From Lingula anatina (lineage: Eukaryota > Animalia > Brachiopoda), in the NCBI GenBank assembly GCA_051362555.1, contig CM120640.1, positions 29,903,967 to 29,967,966 on the forward strand: DNA of 64,000 nt, read 5' to 3'. Shown here one piece after another: positions 12,371 through 26,514 of this stretch. The position numbers were made by a program, and so were the translations under genes. The notes under the pieces are model-generated. The model saw only the letters and a program-made list of their open reading frames with translations. It ran no database searches and was not told the origin of the DNA. Position 1 is the stretch's first letter; every line of letters begins with the position of its first letter.

Positions 12371-13655
12371 ATAATTATAATTTTATTTTAGTTTAGTTTA
12401 TTTTTTATTTTTTATTTATTTATATTTTTTACATTTACTTAATTTCTAGATTTCTCAATTATATTTTTAAGTTTTGGGTAAAAGAAAGACCAACAAACTT
12501 GTGTATATTTCACAACCAGGTTATTACAGAGTAGTATCTTGAAATCATACATTTTCTTTTAAATACATGTTCTCTTTGAATAACTGTGATCAGAAAATAC
12601 AAGTTTTGGCATAGATATGCGTTGTCTATAGTCATAACTTTTCAATGCTTTAGATCTGTCTTACTTTATGTAGCAGTTAAGGATTCTCCTTCTAGCTCTT
12701 AACTTGAATGCAAGTGTCTTATTGTGATTCACTCTCATTGTACCACCAGCGTTAGCGCTGGCGGTACACATGGTTTTAGTCCTGTCCGGATTGTTCCGCC
12801 GGCTCCGCCGGACGGCTACCGTTACCGCTTCTCCTCCTAGACAGTAAGGGCCTCCGTACCCATCTCTTGGATTTAGGTCACCTATAATCTCAACTCGTTC
12901 CACGTAAAATTTGGGCTTTGTTGGTATTGGGGTCTAGGTGTGGCACTCATAGCAATGCACCCTTGTCTAAAAATGGTAAAATTAAATGCTAATTATCTAC
13001 CCTACGGAAGGAATTATGGGAAAAATTTCTACAGACGGCTTTCCAAAAGTCATATGTGTAGATTTCAAATATGCCCTTGGATTTGACCTTTGACCTTTAT
13101 TTCAAGGTCAAACGGGCCAAAATTTTCATAAAAACGAATTTTTTTATGAAAAAAAAAAATTATTTGCCCTGTTATTCAGACACCACACAGACTTAACCAA
13201 TAATATTATTGGAAAGTGTTACCCTTCAGGTCATCTTTCATCTCCGTGAATTTGGGGTCAATCGTTGCATTTTCACGGGAGTAGCAGCCATAAGATAACG
13301 AAACTGAAAACTGTCTCTAATTCGGGAACCGTTAATGCTAGAGACCCATTCTTTTTTGCATTTTGTAGAGCATGTAAAGCCCAACACTGGAAGTGGTCTC
13401 TGTTTTTTTGTATTCCATACGGTTTTCGAGTTACGCTGTATCAAAAAGTATATATTGGTGGTGAAAGCAAAATGTGCAGTACAGTAATGGATAATAAATT
13501 TTGAACTCCAGAAAAATAAAACATAAGGCTTGGCGAGGGCAGACAACCTGTGGTCAAAAATGACATTATTTCATCAAATTTGAACATCTGGAACTTCAGA
13601 GCACCTCCCATTTCAAGAATTTTGACCAAAATGACCTTTTCTTTATTTTAATTAA

Positions 13656-14884
13656 TTTTTATGTACAGACACAGATGTGATTGGATCATTTTTAGTGAAT
13701 TTAGGCTATTTTTTCTCTTTTTTCAGCATATATGCAGCACCGATAACACCATAAATGGAAAACCATTTTACCTTTTGGCTTGAAACTTACAGAACTGATG
13801 AATATTCATAATACGCAGGTAAAGTTCGAAAATCAGCATGATCGGGCCATTTTTAGGGAAGTTATGCTGTTTTTTCACTTCTTTCAACATATATGCAACG
13901 CTAATAACACAATATAAGAAAAACAGATAGGCCAATTGTCATTATACTCACAGGAGTAGTCAAACTAACTCAAACGCAGGTTGAGTTCCAAAATCAGCAT
14001 AATCGGGCCATTCTTTTAGAAGTTATGCTGTTTTTTCTTATTTCCTCAGATTCAGTTGTTAGGCATGTTAACAGTCTCATTATTGAACTAATAAGATACA
14101 TAAAAGTGTTTGTTTGACATTTCCTGCATCTTAATAACATTGTTAGTTGATTATGTAAAAATGATGGTAAACTTGTTATTGTGTATTATGTTATAAAGTG
14201 TCAAAAATGGAAATAAACAAATATCATTGCAGTTTGTCAGATTCAATCATCTACTATATTCATTATCTCAGAATGGAGGAAATTGGACATTTAACACTGT
14301 TCTATTGATATTTTTCCCATCTCATCAATTTTCTTAGTTGATCATATACAAATGGTAGAAAACTGTTTATTTTGTTTTATGTTAAAAAAGTGTTTTAAAA
14401 ATGGAAGTAAACCCATTGCAGAACAGTGCTGTCTTGTTTCAGCATATATGCAGCACCGATAACACGATAAGTGGAAAACCATTTTACCTTTTCCCTTGAA
14501 ACTTACAAAACTGATGAATATTCATAATACGCAGGTCAAGTTCGAAAATCAGCATGGTCGGGTCATTTTTAGGGTAGTTATGCTGTTTTTTCACTTCTTT
14601 CAGCATATATGCAGCACCAATAACACGATAAGTGGAAAACCATTTTACATTTTGGTTGCAAACTTACAGAACTGATGAATATTCATAATACGCAGGTCAA
14701 GTTTGAAAATCAGTATGATTGGGTCATTTTTAGGGAAGTTATGCTGTTTTTCACTTTTTTCAGCATATATGCAACACTGATAACATGATAAGTGGAAAAC
14801 CATTTAACCTTTTGGTTTGAAACTTGCAGAACTAATGAATATTCATAATACGCAGGTCAAGTTTGAAAATCAGCATGATCGGGT
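13656..14884 (+). mobile_element. Helentron family B copy nested in family A, with ~160-bp internal repeats
   Basis: Starts TTTTTATGTACAGACACAG at a T-run that is uninterrupted in the 52511 copy (53440-53455). Repeats at 14440, 14601, 14761. Confidence 0.75.
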
Positions 14885-14904
14885 CATTGTACCACCAGCG
14901 TTAG

Positions 14905-16300
14905 CCATAGTAACTATTGAAGTTGAATAGGAAGTCATATACTGGCAATCATAATTTGACCTTAAAATTGACCTTTGACCTACTTTTCACCATGAAATGA
15001 ACTCTGCAAATTTTGCTTCCCTTTATCTCCAAAAATGGCAGAAATAGGTCCATAGTTTCTATTGAACTTGAATAGGAAGTCATATACTGGCAATCTAAAT
15101 GTGACCTTAAAATTGACCTTTGACCTACTTTTCACCATGAACTGAACTTTGCAAATTTTGCTTCCCTTTTATCTCCAAAACTGGCAGAGATAGGTCCATA
15201 GTTGCTATTGAACTTGAATAGGAAGTCATATACTGGCAATCTAAATGTGACCTTAAAATTGACCTTTGACCTACTTTTCACCATGAATTGAACTCTGCAA
15301 ATTTTGCTTCCCTTTTATCTCCAAAACTGGCAGAGATAGGTCCATAGTTTCTATTGAACTTGAATAGGAAGTCATATACTGGCAATCTTAATGTGACCTT
15401 AAAATTGACCTTTGACCTACTTTTTACCATGAACTGAACTCTGCTAATTTCTTTCTCTTTTAACTCCAAACCTGGCAGAGATAGGTCCATAGTTACTATT
15501 GAAGTTGAATAGGAAGTCATATACTGGCAATCTATATGTGACCTTGAAATTGACCTTTGACCTACTTTTCACCATGAATTGAACTTTGCAAATTTTGGTC
15601 CTTTTTATCTCCAAAACTGGCAGAGATAGGTCCATAGTTGCTATTGAACTTGAATAGGAAGTCATATCCTGGCAATCTAAGTGTGACCTTGAAATTGACC
15701 TTTGACCTACTTATTATCATGAACTGAACTCTGCTAATTTCTTTCTCTTTTAACTCCAAACCTGGCAGAGATAGGTCCATAGTTACTATTGAAGTTAAAT
15801 ATGAAGTCATATTCTGGCAATTTACTGTGACCTTGAAATTGACCTTTGACCTTCTTTTTACCATGAACTGAACTTTGCATATTTTGCTTCCATTTTATCT
15901 TCAAAACTGGCAGAGATATGTCCATGGTTACTGTTGAACTTGAATAGGAAGTCATATACTGGCAATCTTACTGTGACCTTGAAATTGACCTTTGACCTAC
16001 TTTTCACCATGAACTGAACTTTGCAAATTTTGCTTCCCTTTTATCTCCAAAACTGGCAGAGATATGTTGATAGTTACCATTGAAGTTAAATATGAAGTCA
16101 TATTCTGGCAATTTACTGTGACCTTGAAATTGACCTTTGACCTTTTTACCATGAACTGAACTTTGCATATTTTGCTTCCCTTTTTTCTCCAAAACTGGCT
16201 GAGATAGGTCCATAATTACTATAGAACTTGAATAGGAAGTCATATACTTGCAATCTAAATGTGACCTTGAAATTGACCTTTGACCTACCTTACGATGAAT
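14905..16300. repeat. 146-bp tandem array of Helentron family A (~9.5 units)
   Basis: Recurrent GACCTTGAAATTGACCTTTGACCTACTT...CCAAAACTGGCAGAGATAGGTCCATAG. Confidence 0.95.
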
Positions 16301-17919
16301 AAACTTTGATTGTACCATTTTAAGTTATACATATTTTTTGCATATTTTGAAAATTCTTGTTGATTGCATTTTTACAGCTTGTCAAGCACAAGACTGGTGG
16401 CTGTGTCCCTTACTTTGTGTATGTGGGGGTCTATATGAATGCGCTTGCTCCAGCTGGTGGTACAATATTCGGAGGCGGTATCGCCTCTCTGATCCTCTAG
16501 TTTTTTGGGAAGTAATGCTGTTTTTTCACTTTTTTCAGCATGTATGCAACACCTTTGTGCTATATGACGGTACTGTATGGATAGCAGTCTTTAAAATTGT
16601 CCCTTGGGTGATCACTAATTAAATTAAGGTCTATAAAGTCACTTGCCTACTCATTAATTTTCAATTGGCCATTAAGTGAGATTACATAAAACACTCCTTG
16701 AGATTTCCCTGTAAAGTCCCATAGGTTTAGCTCTCTTAACAGTGTCACAAAATTAGGATTTGGTGATAATTGTGCAGATAAATGGTGTTTAACATTGCAA
16801 ATAATTTACAACAAAAAGAATGTGTTATGCCAACATGCTATAGATGCATAACAGTGCTTTATTTTTCTCAAACTTGGTGGGGTTATTAATATCAAGTTAA
16901 TACAGCTAGATTAAAAGTTTGAATAGCAGCTTTATTGGAATTTTTTACGTTTTATTTAAAATTTTTTTAAAATTATTTTTCAAACAGTAGCATCTTCAAG
17001 ATGTGATTTTATACTCTCATCCACCAGAAGTGCTGTGCATTTTCTGTATTTTTGTATATAATTGTTATTTCTTCAGATTTAATCCTTAGGCATGTTAACA
17101 GTCTCATTATGGAACTAATAAGATATGTAAAAGTGTTGTTTTGACATTTTCTGCTTCTTAACAATATTGTTTGTTGATTATATAAAAATGACGGTAAACC
17201 TGTTATAATATTGTGCATTATGTAATAAAGTATCATAAATGGAAAGGAACTCATCATTGCAGTTTGTCAGATTTAATCATTCACTATGTTCAGCATCTGC
17301 AAATGGAGCAAATTGGACATTGAAAATTGTTCTATTGATATTTTTCCTATGTCAACAATTTTCCTAGTTGAACATTTAAAAATGACAGTTTATTGATCAT
17401 TTTGTTTTAAAAAAGGTGTTGAAAATGGAAAGAAAATCATTTCAGTACAGTTATCTCTTGTTTACATTTTGGCATTTTGAAAGTGTGACTCTGAACTTCC
17501 ATGGCCTTGAAGACCTTCCCAAATCACATTTTCTGAATATTCATGATACTTTTATTTTCTTATAAAAAATTTGATGGTCATTATGCTGTTAAGTATTATG
17601 TTTTATTGCATGAAAGTTGAAGAAAACCCTATTTTGGACACTGCTGCCAGGATAGCGATTAAGGGAAAACCATGTTACTTACGATACTGAAAGTGAAAAG
17701 TTTCATAAGACAGAAGTGCGCAGCTTGTGTTTGAAAACCAGTGTGATTGTTTTCTGTTTTGGAGGCAATGCAGGTTTATAAAGTGCTATACTGGCATTTT
17801 CAAGTTGTGACTTATCACTCCCATCTGCCAGGAGCCCTGTACTCTTACTTTGTAACATTTTCTGTATTTTTTCTGTACGAAATTTATGGCACATTATTGT
17901 AACTCCAAAAATATAACAT

Positions 17920-19360
17920 TTAGTCCCTTATATCTCCAAAACTGGCAGAGATAGGTCCATAGTTACTATTGAAGTTGAATAGGAAATCATATACTGGCAA
18001 TCTAAATGTGGCCTTGAAATTGACCTTTGAACTACTTTTAACCATGAACTGAACTTTGCAACTTTTTAATGCTTTTATTTTCAAAACTGGCAGAGATACG
18101 CCCATAGTTACTATTGAATTTGAATAGAAAATCATACTAGGCAATTTACTGTGACTTTAAAATTGACCTTTGACCTACTTTTAACCCTGAAGTGAACTTT
18201 GCAAATTTTGTTCCCTTTTATCTCCAAAACTGGCAGAGATAGGTCCATAATTACTATTGAACTTGAATAGGAAGTCATATACTGGCAATCTAAATGTGAC
18301 CTTGAAATTGACCTTTGACCTACTTTACACCATAAACTGAACTTTGCAACTTTTTAATGCTTTTATTTTCAAAACTGGCAGAGATACGCCAATAGTTACT
18401 ATTGAACTTGAATAGAAATCATTAGAGGCAATCTAAGTGTGACCTTGAAATTGACCTTTGACCTACTTTTCACCATGAACTGAACTTGGCAACATTTAAG
18501 TCCCTTGTATCTCAAAAACTGGCAGAGATACCTCCATAGTTACTATTGAACTTGAATAGGAAGTCTTATACTGGCAATTTAACTGTGACCTTGAAATTGA
18601 CCTTTGACGTACTTTTCACCATTAACTGAACTTTGCAAATTTTGGTTCCCTTTTATCTCCAAAACTGGCAGAGATAAGTCTATGGTTACTATTGAACTTG
18701 AATGGGAAGTCATATACTGGCAATCTAAATGTGACCTTGAAATTGACCTTTGACCTACTTTACACCATAAACTGAACTTTGCAACTTTTTAATGCTTTTA
18801 TTTTCAAAACTGGCAGAGATACGCCCGTAGTTACTATTGAATTTGAATAGAAAGTCATACGAGGCAATTTATTGTGACCTTAAAATTGACCTTTGACCTA
18901 CTTTTAACCATGAACTGAACTTTGCAAATTTTGTTCCCTTTTATCTCCAAAACTAGGAGAGATAGGACCATAGTTACTATTGAACTGGAATGGGAAGTCA
19001 TATACTGGCAATCTTAATGTGACCTTGAAATTGACCTTGGACCTACTTTTAATCAGGAATTGAACTTTGCAAATTTCCATTCCCTTTTATCTCCAAAACT
19101 GACAAGATACGCCCATAGTTACTATTGAATTTGAATAGGAAGTCATATACTGGCAATCTAAGTGTGACCTTGAAATTGACCTTTGACCTACTTTTAATCA
19201 TGAATTGAAGTTTACAAATTTTGGTTCCCTTTTATCTCCAAAACTGGCAGAGATACGTCCATAGTTGCTATTGAACTTGAATAGGAAGTCATATACTGGA
19301 AATTTACTGTGACCTTGAAATTGACCTTTGACCTACCTTACTATGAACTGAACTTTGATT
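17920..19360. repeat. 146-bp tandem array of Helentron family A (~10 units)
   Basis: Same unit, more diverged. Confidence 0.95.
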
Positions 19361-20575
19361 GTACCATTTTTAGTTATATATATATATTTTTTTTTTTTTT
19401 GCATATTTTGAGAATTCTTGTTGATTGCATTTTTTACAGCTTGTCAAGCACAAGACTGGTGGTGGTGTCCCTTTTTTGTGTGTGTGGGGGTCTATATGAT
19501 CGCGCTTACCCCAGCTGGTGGTACAATATTCGGAGGCGGTATCGCCTCTCTGATCCTCTAGTTTTCATCTGTTTTTCATCTTTCTCCAGATATTTAATGA
19601 CTGCAGAAGTTGGCGTGATACCAGCAGAGGTCATCTTACTCAAAGTGGATTGTTTAAGTCCATTATTCCTTAAGTGGACTGCACTGTGAATCCTTCCTGC
19701 AAAGTTCCGAGAAAAGGTGACATCTTTATTATTAGTTTTCTGAAATGTCCGGGTTAAAGACTCCACTTCTTGTGTGTTGGTATTTTAATTAAAATTAAGT
19801 TTTGTTGATTCAGTTGCCCTTGGGCCCAGTCTATAATTCAGGCACTGTCTCAAGATTTGCATGTCTTCAGTGTTGCTAAAGTCTAGTTTGCCTTTCTCAG
19901 GGAAAATAGTTTCTGAGCCACCTTTACATACATAACAGTACTTTAAACAATTTTGACAATCACCCATGTAATGTAGTAGTTTGACTTTATGCATGTGTTA
20001 TATCTTATGTGTAGAGTTCACGTCATCAATTATACACTTGAGTTAGTACAGAAGTAATAAAGAGCATATGGTCTCTCAAACCACCAGCTACTCAAGTCAC
20101 TTTATTATAACCACTGTAACAACTAATTATAGAGTCAGTGACATAACTCAGTGCTCTTTTAATCAACTCTGTGTCCCCATGATTTGCTTTAAAGCAAGCA
20201 TCAAATTCAGAATAGCAGCCCATTGCTATGCACTGAGCAAAACGTTTTTGCATTTTGTCTCTAGTGTATTTTGTTTTTGCTGGAAACACTTGACCAGAAA
20301 ATGGTGCTTTTTCTATTTGTTATTTCAAAGCTTTGGTAAAGTGTCGTGTGTCCCGAAGACTTTCATCAACATTGGCACATGCAGAGTGGGCTTGGCTATC
20401 CCCATTAGTAGTTAAGGTGCCAACTGTGACCTCTCCAGAAATATCCTCAAAAATCTGTTGCATGGCATGTTTTTCATCCCCGATGCTATCCTCTTCTCAT
20501 AGAGACATCTTCCCTTCTACTTCTGAGCAGTACGGCAGAGCTTGTTACCAGAGTAAACACCAATAACATCCTTCT

Positions 20576-20757
20576 GGCTGGTCACATTCTCTGCTACAGT
20601 GTACACAGTCTGAGTGGCTGGCTGGTCACATTCTCTGCCACAGTGTACACAGTCTGAGTGGCTGGCTGGTCACATTCTCTGCTACAGTGTACACAGTCTG
20701 AGTGGCTGGCTGGTCACATTGTCTTCTACAGTGTACATAGTCTGAGTGGCTGGCTGG
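20576..20757. repeat. 44-bp tandem repeat (4 copies) inside the Kolobok transposase
   Basis: GGTCACATT at 20580, 20624, 20668, 20712. Confidence 0.9.
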
Positions 20758-21299
20758 TATGGTGTTTTGTTCCCTCCGCTGAACAGACTATTATTGTATC
20801 TCTCATCTCCTTCCACTGCTATAGGCTGTCCTCCATATATATATATATATACCCTGTGAGATCTTGAATGTGACATAAGTTTTCATGGTGTTGCTGCATG
20901 TCAGCCTTGTTCAATTCTGTTATCACTGCACTGACTTTGTTAGCTTGTGTCTGCATGGCTGATGGGCTGGGCGGGGTCACATTGCTTGCCATTAGGATCT
21001 GCCTCATTGCTGTGTTAGGGATCATGTTCTGTGACAGGCCATAACTTGCAAGCCTGCATTCACTGTTACTTATCTCCAGCCACGCTGCTTGCTTTGGACT
21101 TCATTGTATAGTTTCTACTTCCCTGTCCTGTACTGACATGTGTCACATTTTAGTCCCGTTGACCAAGTTACTCCCCACTTGTTCTCTGCCTCTTTGTCCC
21201 AAACCATTCAGCCAGCTAGTGCTCTCGGGTGTGTGCTCTGACAAGACTTTGTTGACCAGATTGACAATTTTTTCTCCTGAAACCAACTTGTATTCATCA

Positions 21300-21301
<2 letters not shown>

Positions 21302-21335
<34 letters not shown>

Positions 21336-21354
21336 GGGGGGGGGGGGGGGGGGG
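21302..21354. repeat. (TG)n plus poly-G microsatellite inside the transposase relic
   Basis: Direct inspection. Confidence 0.95.
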
Positions 21355-21411
21355 CACTGGACAAACTAAACTCTCTGGCTGGGCCCTTCTATGTCTTAGT
21401 GTCACAAGTGT

Positions 21412-21652
21412 ATCAGGATTGCTGCTGAGGGTTGTTGATGGCCCGACAGGGGGTGGAGAGGAGGCTGCCTGGTACAACTCTTAGCTGGGTCTGATGTATC
21501 TTCTCACAATGGGCTCTAGAGGGCTGTCAGACATCAGGATTGCTGCTGAGGGTTGTTGATGGCCCGACAGGGGGTGGAGAGGAGGCTGCCTGGTACAACT
21601 CTAAGCTGGGTCTGATATATCTTCTCACAATGGGCTCTGGAGGGTTGTCTGA
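21412..21652. repeat. ~121-bp tandem duplication in the transposase 5' region
   Basis: ATCAGGATTGCTGCTGAGGGTTGTTGATGGCCCGACAGG at 21412 and 21533. Confidence 0.9.
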
Positions 21653-21775
21653 CTACTGTCTTCTAAAGGCTAGCTTGTGTCCCTTCACAAATACATCTTT
21701 TCTTTGTGTTTTCCAGGTACCTTTACTGTACAGCATGGTTAGCAAGTGCCTACTGAGACAGGAGCCAGGGACAGG

Positions 21776-21785
21776 GTTTTTATAG
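21776..21785 (-). promoter_or_regulatory. Candidate TATA box of the Kolobok transposase
   Basis: CTATAAAAAC on the minus strand, ~45 bp upstream of the ATG at 21736. Confidence 0.45.
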
Positions 21786-21841
21786 TATTATCTCTCCCAG
21801 GTGTGCAGAAAAACAGGAAACTGCATGGCCCTAGTGCAAGG

Positions 21842-21879
<38 letters not shown>

Positions 21880-24172
21880 ATACCCAGCTTAGTGGTGAGT
21901 ATTGTTATGCAGAGAAAGACATTTTCCTGTGTCCTCACAACGCACACAAACAACACAACACTTGTGACAATTAGCCTTGCACTTGAGTTTAAAGTAAAAA
22001 TATTTTTAAATCTTTTTATTAATAATTTTCCACTTCTCTCACTTTATTCCTCAGCAAAGTGCACCTGAACTACACTATAGCTAATAAGTCCCCGGTCACT
22101 TTAATAGCACACGCTGTCTACATCAGACGCGCTAATGCGCACGTCCCCGACAGTGTTAATGATAGGGGGATTACGATGGACAGCGCATGTTGTCGACATT
22201 CGTATACATGTGTACAGTCACTGATTTCAACAATTGCTAATCTATATGTATATATATATATTTATTTATCTATTTATTTGTCTGTTCTATGTTCTAGCCA
22301 CTAGTATCGTATTGTAATTGATTATACCTTTATGTGAAGGTGTTTGTCAATAAAGAATCTGAATCTGTTGCTCACAGCAGTAGGCACTGCCGCTGAAGTT
22401 AAACCAGTAATTAAGTCTTTAACTTGACTAAACATGTTTTGCTTTGTAACTTGCGTCCTTCAGTCTTGCTGTTGCGGAAGCGCCGGCGGGACATATCTCC
22501 ACCTTGCCGATATTTATCCCGACTCTCGACTTTAAAAGTATTATTGGTTTTGATTTTATCAAAGTCTTATTATATCAGAAAACCTGCATATTTTCATACG
22601 TTAAGAGAATTATAGAAACTGTAGAAAAAGCTACTCGTACATCAGGGATAAAAAACAACACCTTGCAGCACTATTACCTATTATTCATCACCAGAAGTTA
22701 CTGTTTCACTTTTTTCTCCCAAATTACAAAGTCTGATGACAACTGAAAGCCTTTAGCCATACCTCAGGGCAGTGGGAGATAGTCTGGATTTGTTTAAATG
22801 TAATAAAAGTATATTTTGAAGAATTTTCCTAGCCTTCGGCAATTTCCGCAAAGCTTCGGCATGCGCGGCAATACAGAGCTGTCGATATCTGTATTCGTGA
22901 ACAATAGAATTGGTGGAACAACGGTTAACGTTGTTGAATCGCCTGCAACCTACCCGACGGGAGATCGTGTCCCTGTCGGTACTTTTGAAGATTTTGAAAT
23001 TGTCATTATTATAAATATCTATTAATATATAAAACAGTCGTGGCTAATTGTTTTTGCAACGGAAAGCACAGTAGGAAGGTTTGTTGTTATTGTTAAATTT
23101 ATTATTACTGGGGACATAAATTAGTATGCTAATCTCTTATCATGGTATAATGATTGATACGATGGGTATCAAATAGTTTTCCTTTGATATAAACAACAAA
23201 AGAGCGGCCTTCCAAATATCTTTGCTGAATGTTTATAACGTCGGTACTATTATGCGCAAAAATATTGATACATGACGCAAACGACATTTACTAATTTTGG
23301 TAATATCAATTTTAATTAAAATTAAATTTAATTGAAATTAAAATTAAAATTTGTCTAAACGTGCATATTACCATTCACTTTGTTTAAAGGGTTCGCAACA
23401 CTACATTCTAATACATTTTGCCAATTTTCATGTTTGCTAGTTTATTTTGATTTGAGAGAAAGCGAGAGAAGACCCTCTACTAGGGCCGCAAATTAATTAT
23501 GAGTATTTTTCTTCAGTGCAAGAGACTGTGTAATGAAAAATCAATCTGTAACTCTGGTATAGGGTGGCCTTGTGTGTGTAATAATATACAAGTAGGGGCA
23601 GGGGTACAGTTTTATAGTACAAATAGTCATTTTATACATCTTATTGATCTCATCGTCGGGTCATTGTTTACAATAGCGCTTTGTCGCTGTGCGTACCTTT
23701 TTGCATTTGAGTTAGACTCAGTCAGTAACAGCTGGTGATTTTGTCTTTTTTGCGTTTCATTGACAATATTTTGGCCACCTAAGTAGGGAAATGTGGCTCT
23801 TTGTTTTGAAATGACATTTCCATTGTTCCTTTGAACATGCAAAAGTCAACACACTTACGTCAACATACTTACTTTGTAATACCAACCCAGGGGAAGAAAC
23901 AAAAGCCTCATAAGGTGTCGTCATTCACACTGTAAAAGGTGTTAATATCATGCTTCTATTGTTTGCCCATGAATCATTATGACAAATTTGTAGGGTTGCC
24001 AGATCACTGGCGCTTCATTCAATTCTCTATATCTGCCCTGCAGCCTGGGATGAGTGATACTTGACTGACCTTTGTTTACATCTGGAGATTTTCTTTATAA
24101 TTCGATCAGTGTGCATAAATTATGATATTTTCCATCAGGAAAAATACGTGATAATGTTACGATTCTTATTTT

Positions 24173-25235
24173 ACAGATACATAATTACAAAAATTAATTC
24201 CTGATTTAATACCCCCTATTTCAGCGCCTATTCCTGGCTGCGTTAATTATGGGGGGTTGGAAAGTAATCCGTTAGAACGCAGGAGTGATGATTGCTACTC
24301 TTACCAACGGTGCATCACTGATCAACTAATCTCAGCCACCTGAAGCAGAATCACCAACAAAAGACAAATTGGAATACATCTGCCTTCTTGTTGAGACATC
24401 TTATGTAAAAAAGGCGATAACGGTCAAAACATACGTGCTTCGTGGTTTCTTAAATGTTCATCGTATTTTTTCGTTCGTTATTCTTATGAGTTAAGCAGCT
24501 TCACCTCCGTGACACCCTTTTTATTTATTTAAACCATTGTTAGATAAACCAAGGGTTTCACTCCAGATTTCACGATCGAGCAGCTGATCATGAGGAGAGT
24601 GTAGCATGCTATAGTAAACTACCCCAAATATATATACAACACCTCCAGGGTTTCACGATCGAGCAAGTGATCATGAGGAGAGAGTGTAGCAGAGAACTTC
24701 ATTAATGGTCGTCATAATTGGTGGTTGCCTTGGGAAAATGAGTTACATGATTACATAATACAGATACATAATAACATAAGATTAATACTAAAATTTTCCC
24801 TGATACAAAAACCCCTATTTGAGCGCTTATTCCTGACTGCGTTAATTACGGGTGATTAGAAAGTAATCTATGAGGACGCAGGAGCGATGATCGCTACTCT
24901 TACCAACGGTAAATCACCGATTTACTTGACTCCGCTACTTCGAGCAAAATCACACACCACCAAAAGACAAATTAGACCACGTTCGTCCTCTTATTAAAAC
25001 AAAGAATGTAAAAATGTGATGTCGGTCAAAGAAGAGGCCTAGACTACGTGCTTCATGGTTTATTAGATAGGCCTATTCATTGGATTTTTTTTATTTCATT
25101 ATTATAGCTTCACCTCGCGAGACCCTTTTTTATATATTTAAAACACAGCACCCCACTGGTTTCGCGATCATGAAGAAAGGGAGTGTAGCAAAGAACCTCA
25201 TTAATGGTCGTAGCCTAATAATAGGTGGTTGCATT
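24173..25235. repeat. Diverged tandem duplication (~590-bp period)
   Basis: ACAGATACATAAT..CCCCTATTT..GCGTTAATTA..GCTACTCTTACCAACGGT..CATTAATGGTCGT recur from 24173 and from 24759. Confidence 0.85.
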
Positions 25236-26514
25236 GTAGGCCTAACCGTGTTCATTTTAGTCGACAGACTAAGCTAGAAGAAAGAAAAGATCATTATCGC
25301 CTCTCTTTACTTAGGAACAATAAGGATGGCTAGTGGCAGCATTTATAAGTTCTTTTATTTAGAAACTTTCCGATCCTTTGTCTGGGACTGCGTCCGAGAA
25401 ACGGCGATAACGACAGAGATGTCCTCGAACATTTTGGACTCAGTGCAAATAAAAAAAAATCCGTTAAGAAGTAGCCTTTAAATGTCCTGGCAAATAATTT
25501 TGCGATGGCTCAGAGAGTTCTAGAATGAATGACAAGCAACGACATTAGGGTTAATAATAGACTAAAAACTATCAGAGTGTAGGCCTGTCTTACTTCATTT
25601 CTAAGGCCATCTTGTGATACGAGTCATGCTACACTACAAAAGAGGGGGTAGCAGTGGATGATTTAATACAGGGATACCATCGATAGTAAGTATATCAATA
25701 GAAAATCGCAATCCTCAAATGTTTTTTAATTCATTAAATATAAACGGTCTTTTCTCGTACAATGGGTCTGGTATAGTTGTATTGGCCTATCAGTTGGAAA
25801 CACGTGGTTCGTCTACAATTGCAAATGGCGGAGGTGCCGTGGTAGTTATTGTCGTAAAATTAGCTGGATACGGTGCACGTGAGAAAATTATTCATTAAAT
25901 TTAGTTTTCGAGCGTCAGCTTAATCTGGTAAAATGCGAGACGAAAAAAATGATAGATAGAGCCTTATGACCCACTGTAGAATGATGCCGAATAATACATC
26001 AACAACGTAGTTTATCGGCAGATAAACGTGTTTCCATTCTCGGCTGACTGAGGAAAGGTTTGAGAGAATATTTAAAGAAGAGGCGGTCGAACCAATAGTG
26101 AGTAGGAAGTGTGCTGCAATCAAGACGAACAATACCGATCATAAGTGGACAGCTAATAACCCCTAATTAACCCCGGGTTACGCGCTGCTGTGTTGACTCC
26201 TTGCTGGGAAGGGGTAGCGGCCTCCTACTGCTGTGCGTAATCAAACATTGTCTTCTAACATGCGGCTACACGACGGTTGCATTGTATTAATAAAGTAATA
26301 CCTATTCATAAGGAAGGGGGCGGATGGTAATCTTACGAGAATTAAATCAGTTATCGATCATACGCGTACCAATAGTCGTGTTTTTTTTTAGCTATACGGT
26401 AGTCCCAACCAGTTAAGATGCTTATCTCATATTTTCACACATGCCCAGAATCATGTGTCCATATTTCAAAACAATTGAAGCAAATTAAGGCAGAGAAATT
26501 TGCATTTAACTTTT

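Larger units (their letters stand above)
12739..19562 (+). mobile_element. Composite of non-autonomous Helentron elements (families A and B) inserted in a T-run
   Basis: 5' TGTACCACCAGCG..CGCTGGCGGTACA. 3' GCTGGTGGTACA + hairpin + CTAGT at both 16501 and 19562. No TSD; removal restores the transposase frame. Confidence 0.85.
12559..21736 (-). pseudogene. Kolobok DDE transposase (21736-19563 plus C-terminus 12738-12559), split by a Helentron insertion
   Basis: Motifs FVKGH, EGDERYNNSLFSGGNKTPYQPATQ, TTNGDS, DTRH, TQEVESLTR..VTFSRNFAGRIHSAVH. The frame rejoins across the insertion as KQMK|MRVNHNK...DHSYSK. Many frameshifts and stops. Confidence 0.88.

Noticed and set aside
15278-19689. Repeated ORFs such as MTSYSTSIVTMDLSLP / KSRSKVNFKVT (also 27318-27866 and 55948-56561)
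   Set aside because: Incidental translations of the 146-bp Helentron satellite; the unit length is not a multiple of 3.
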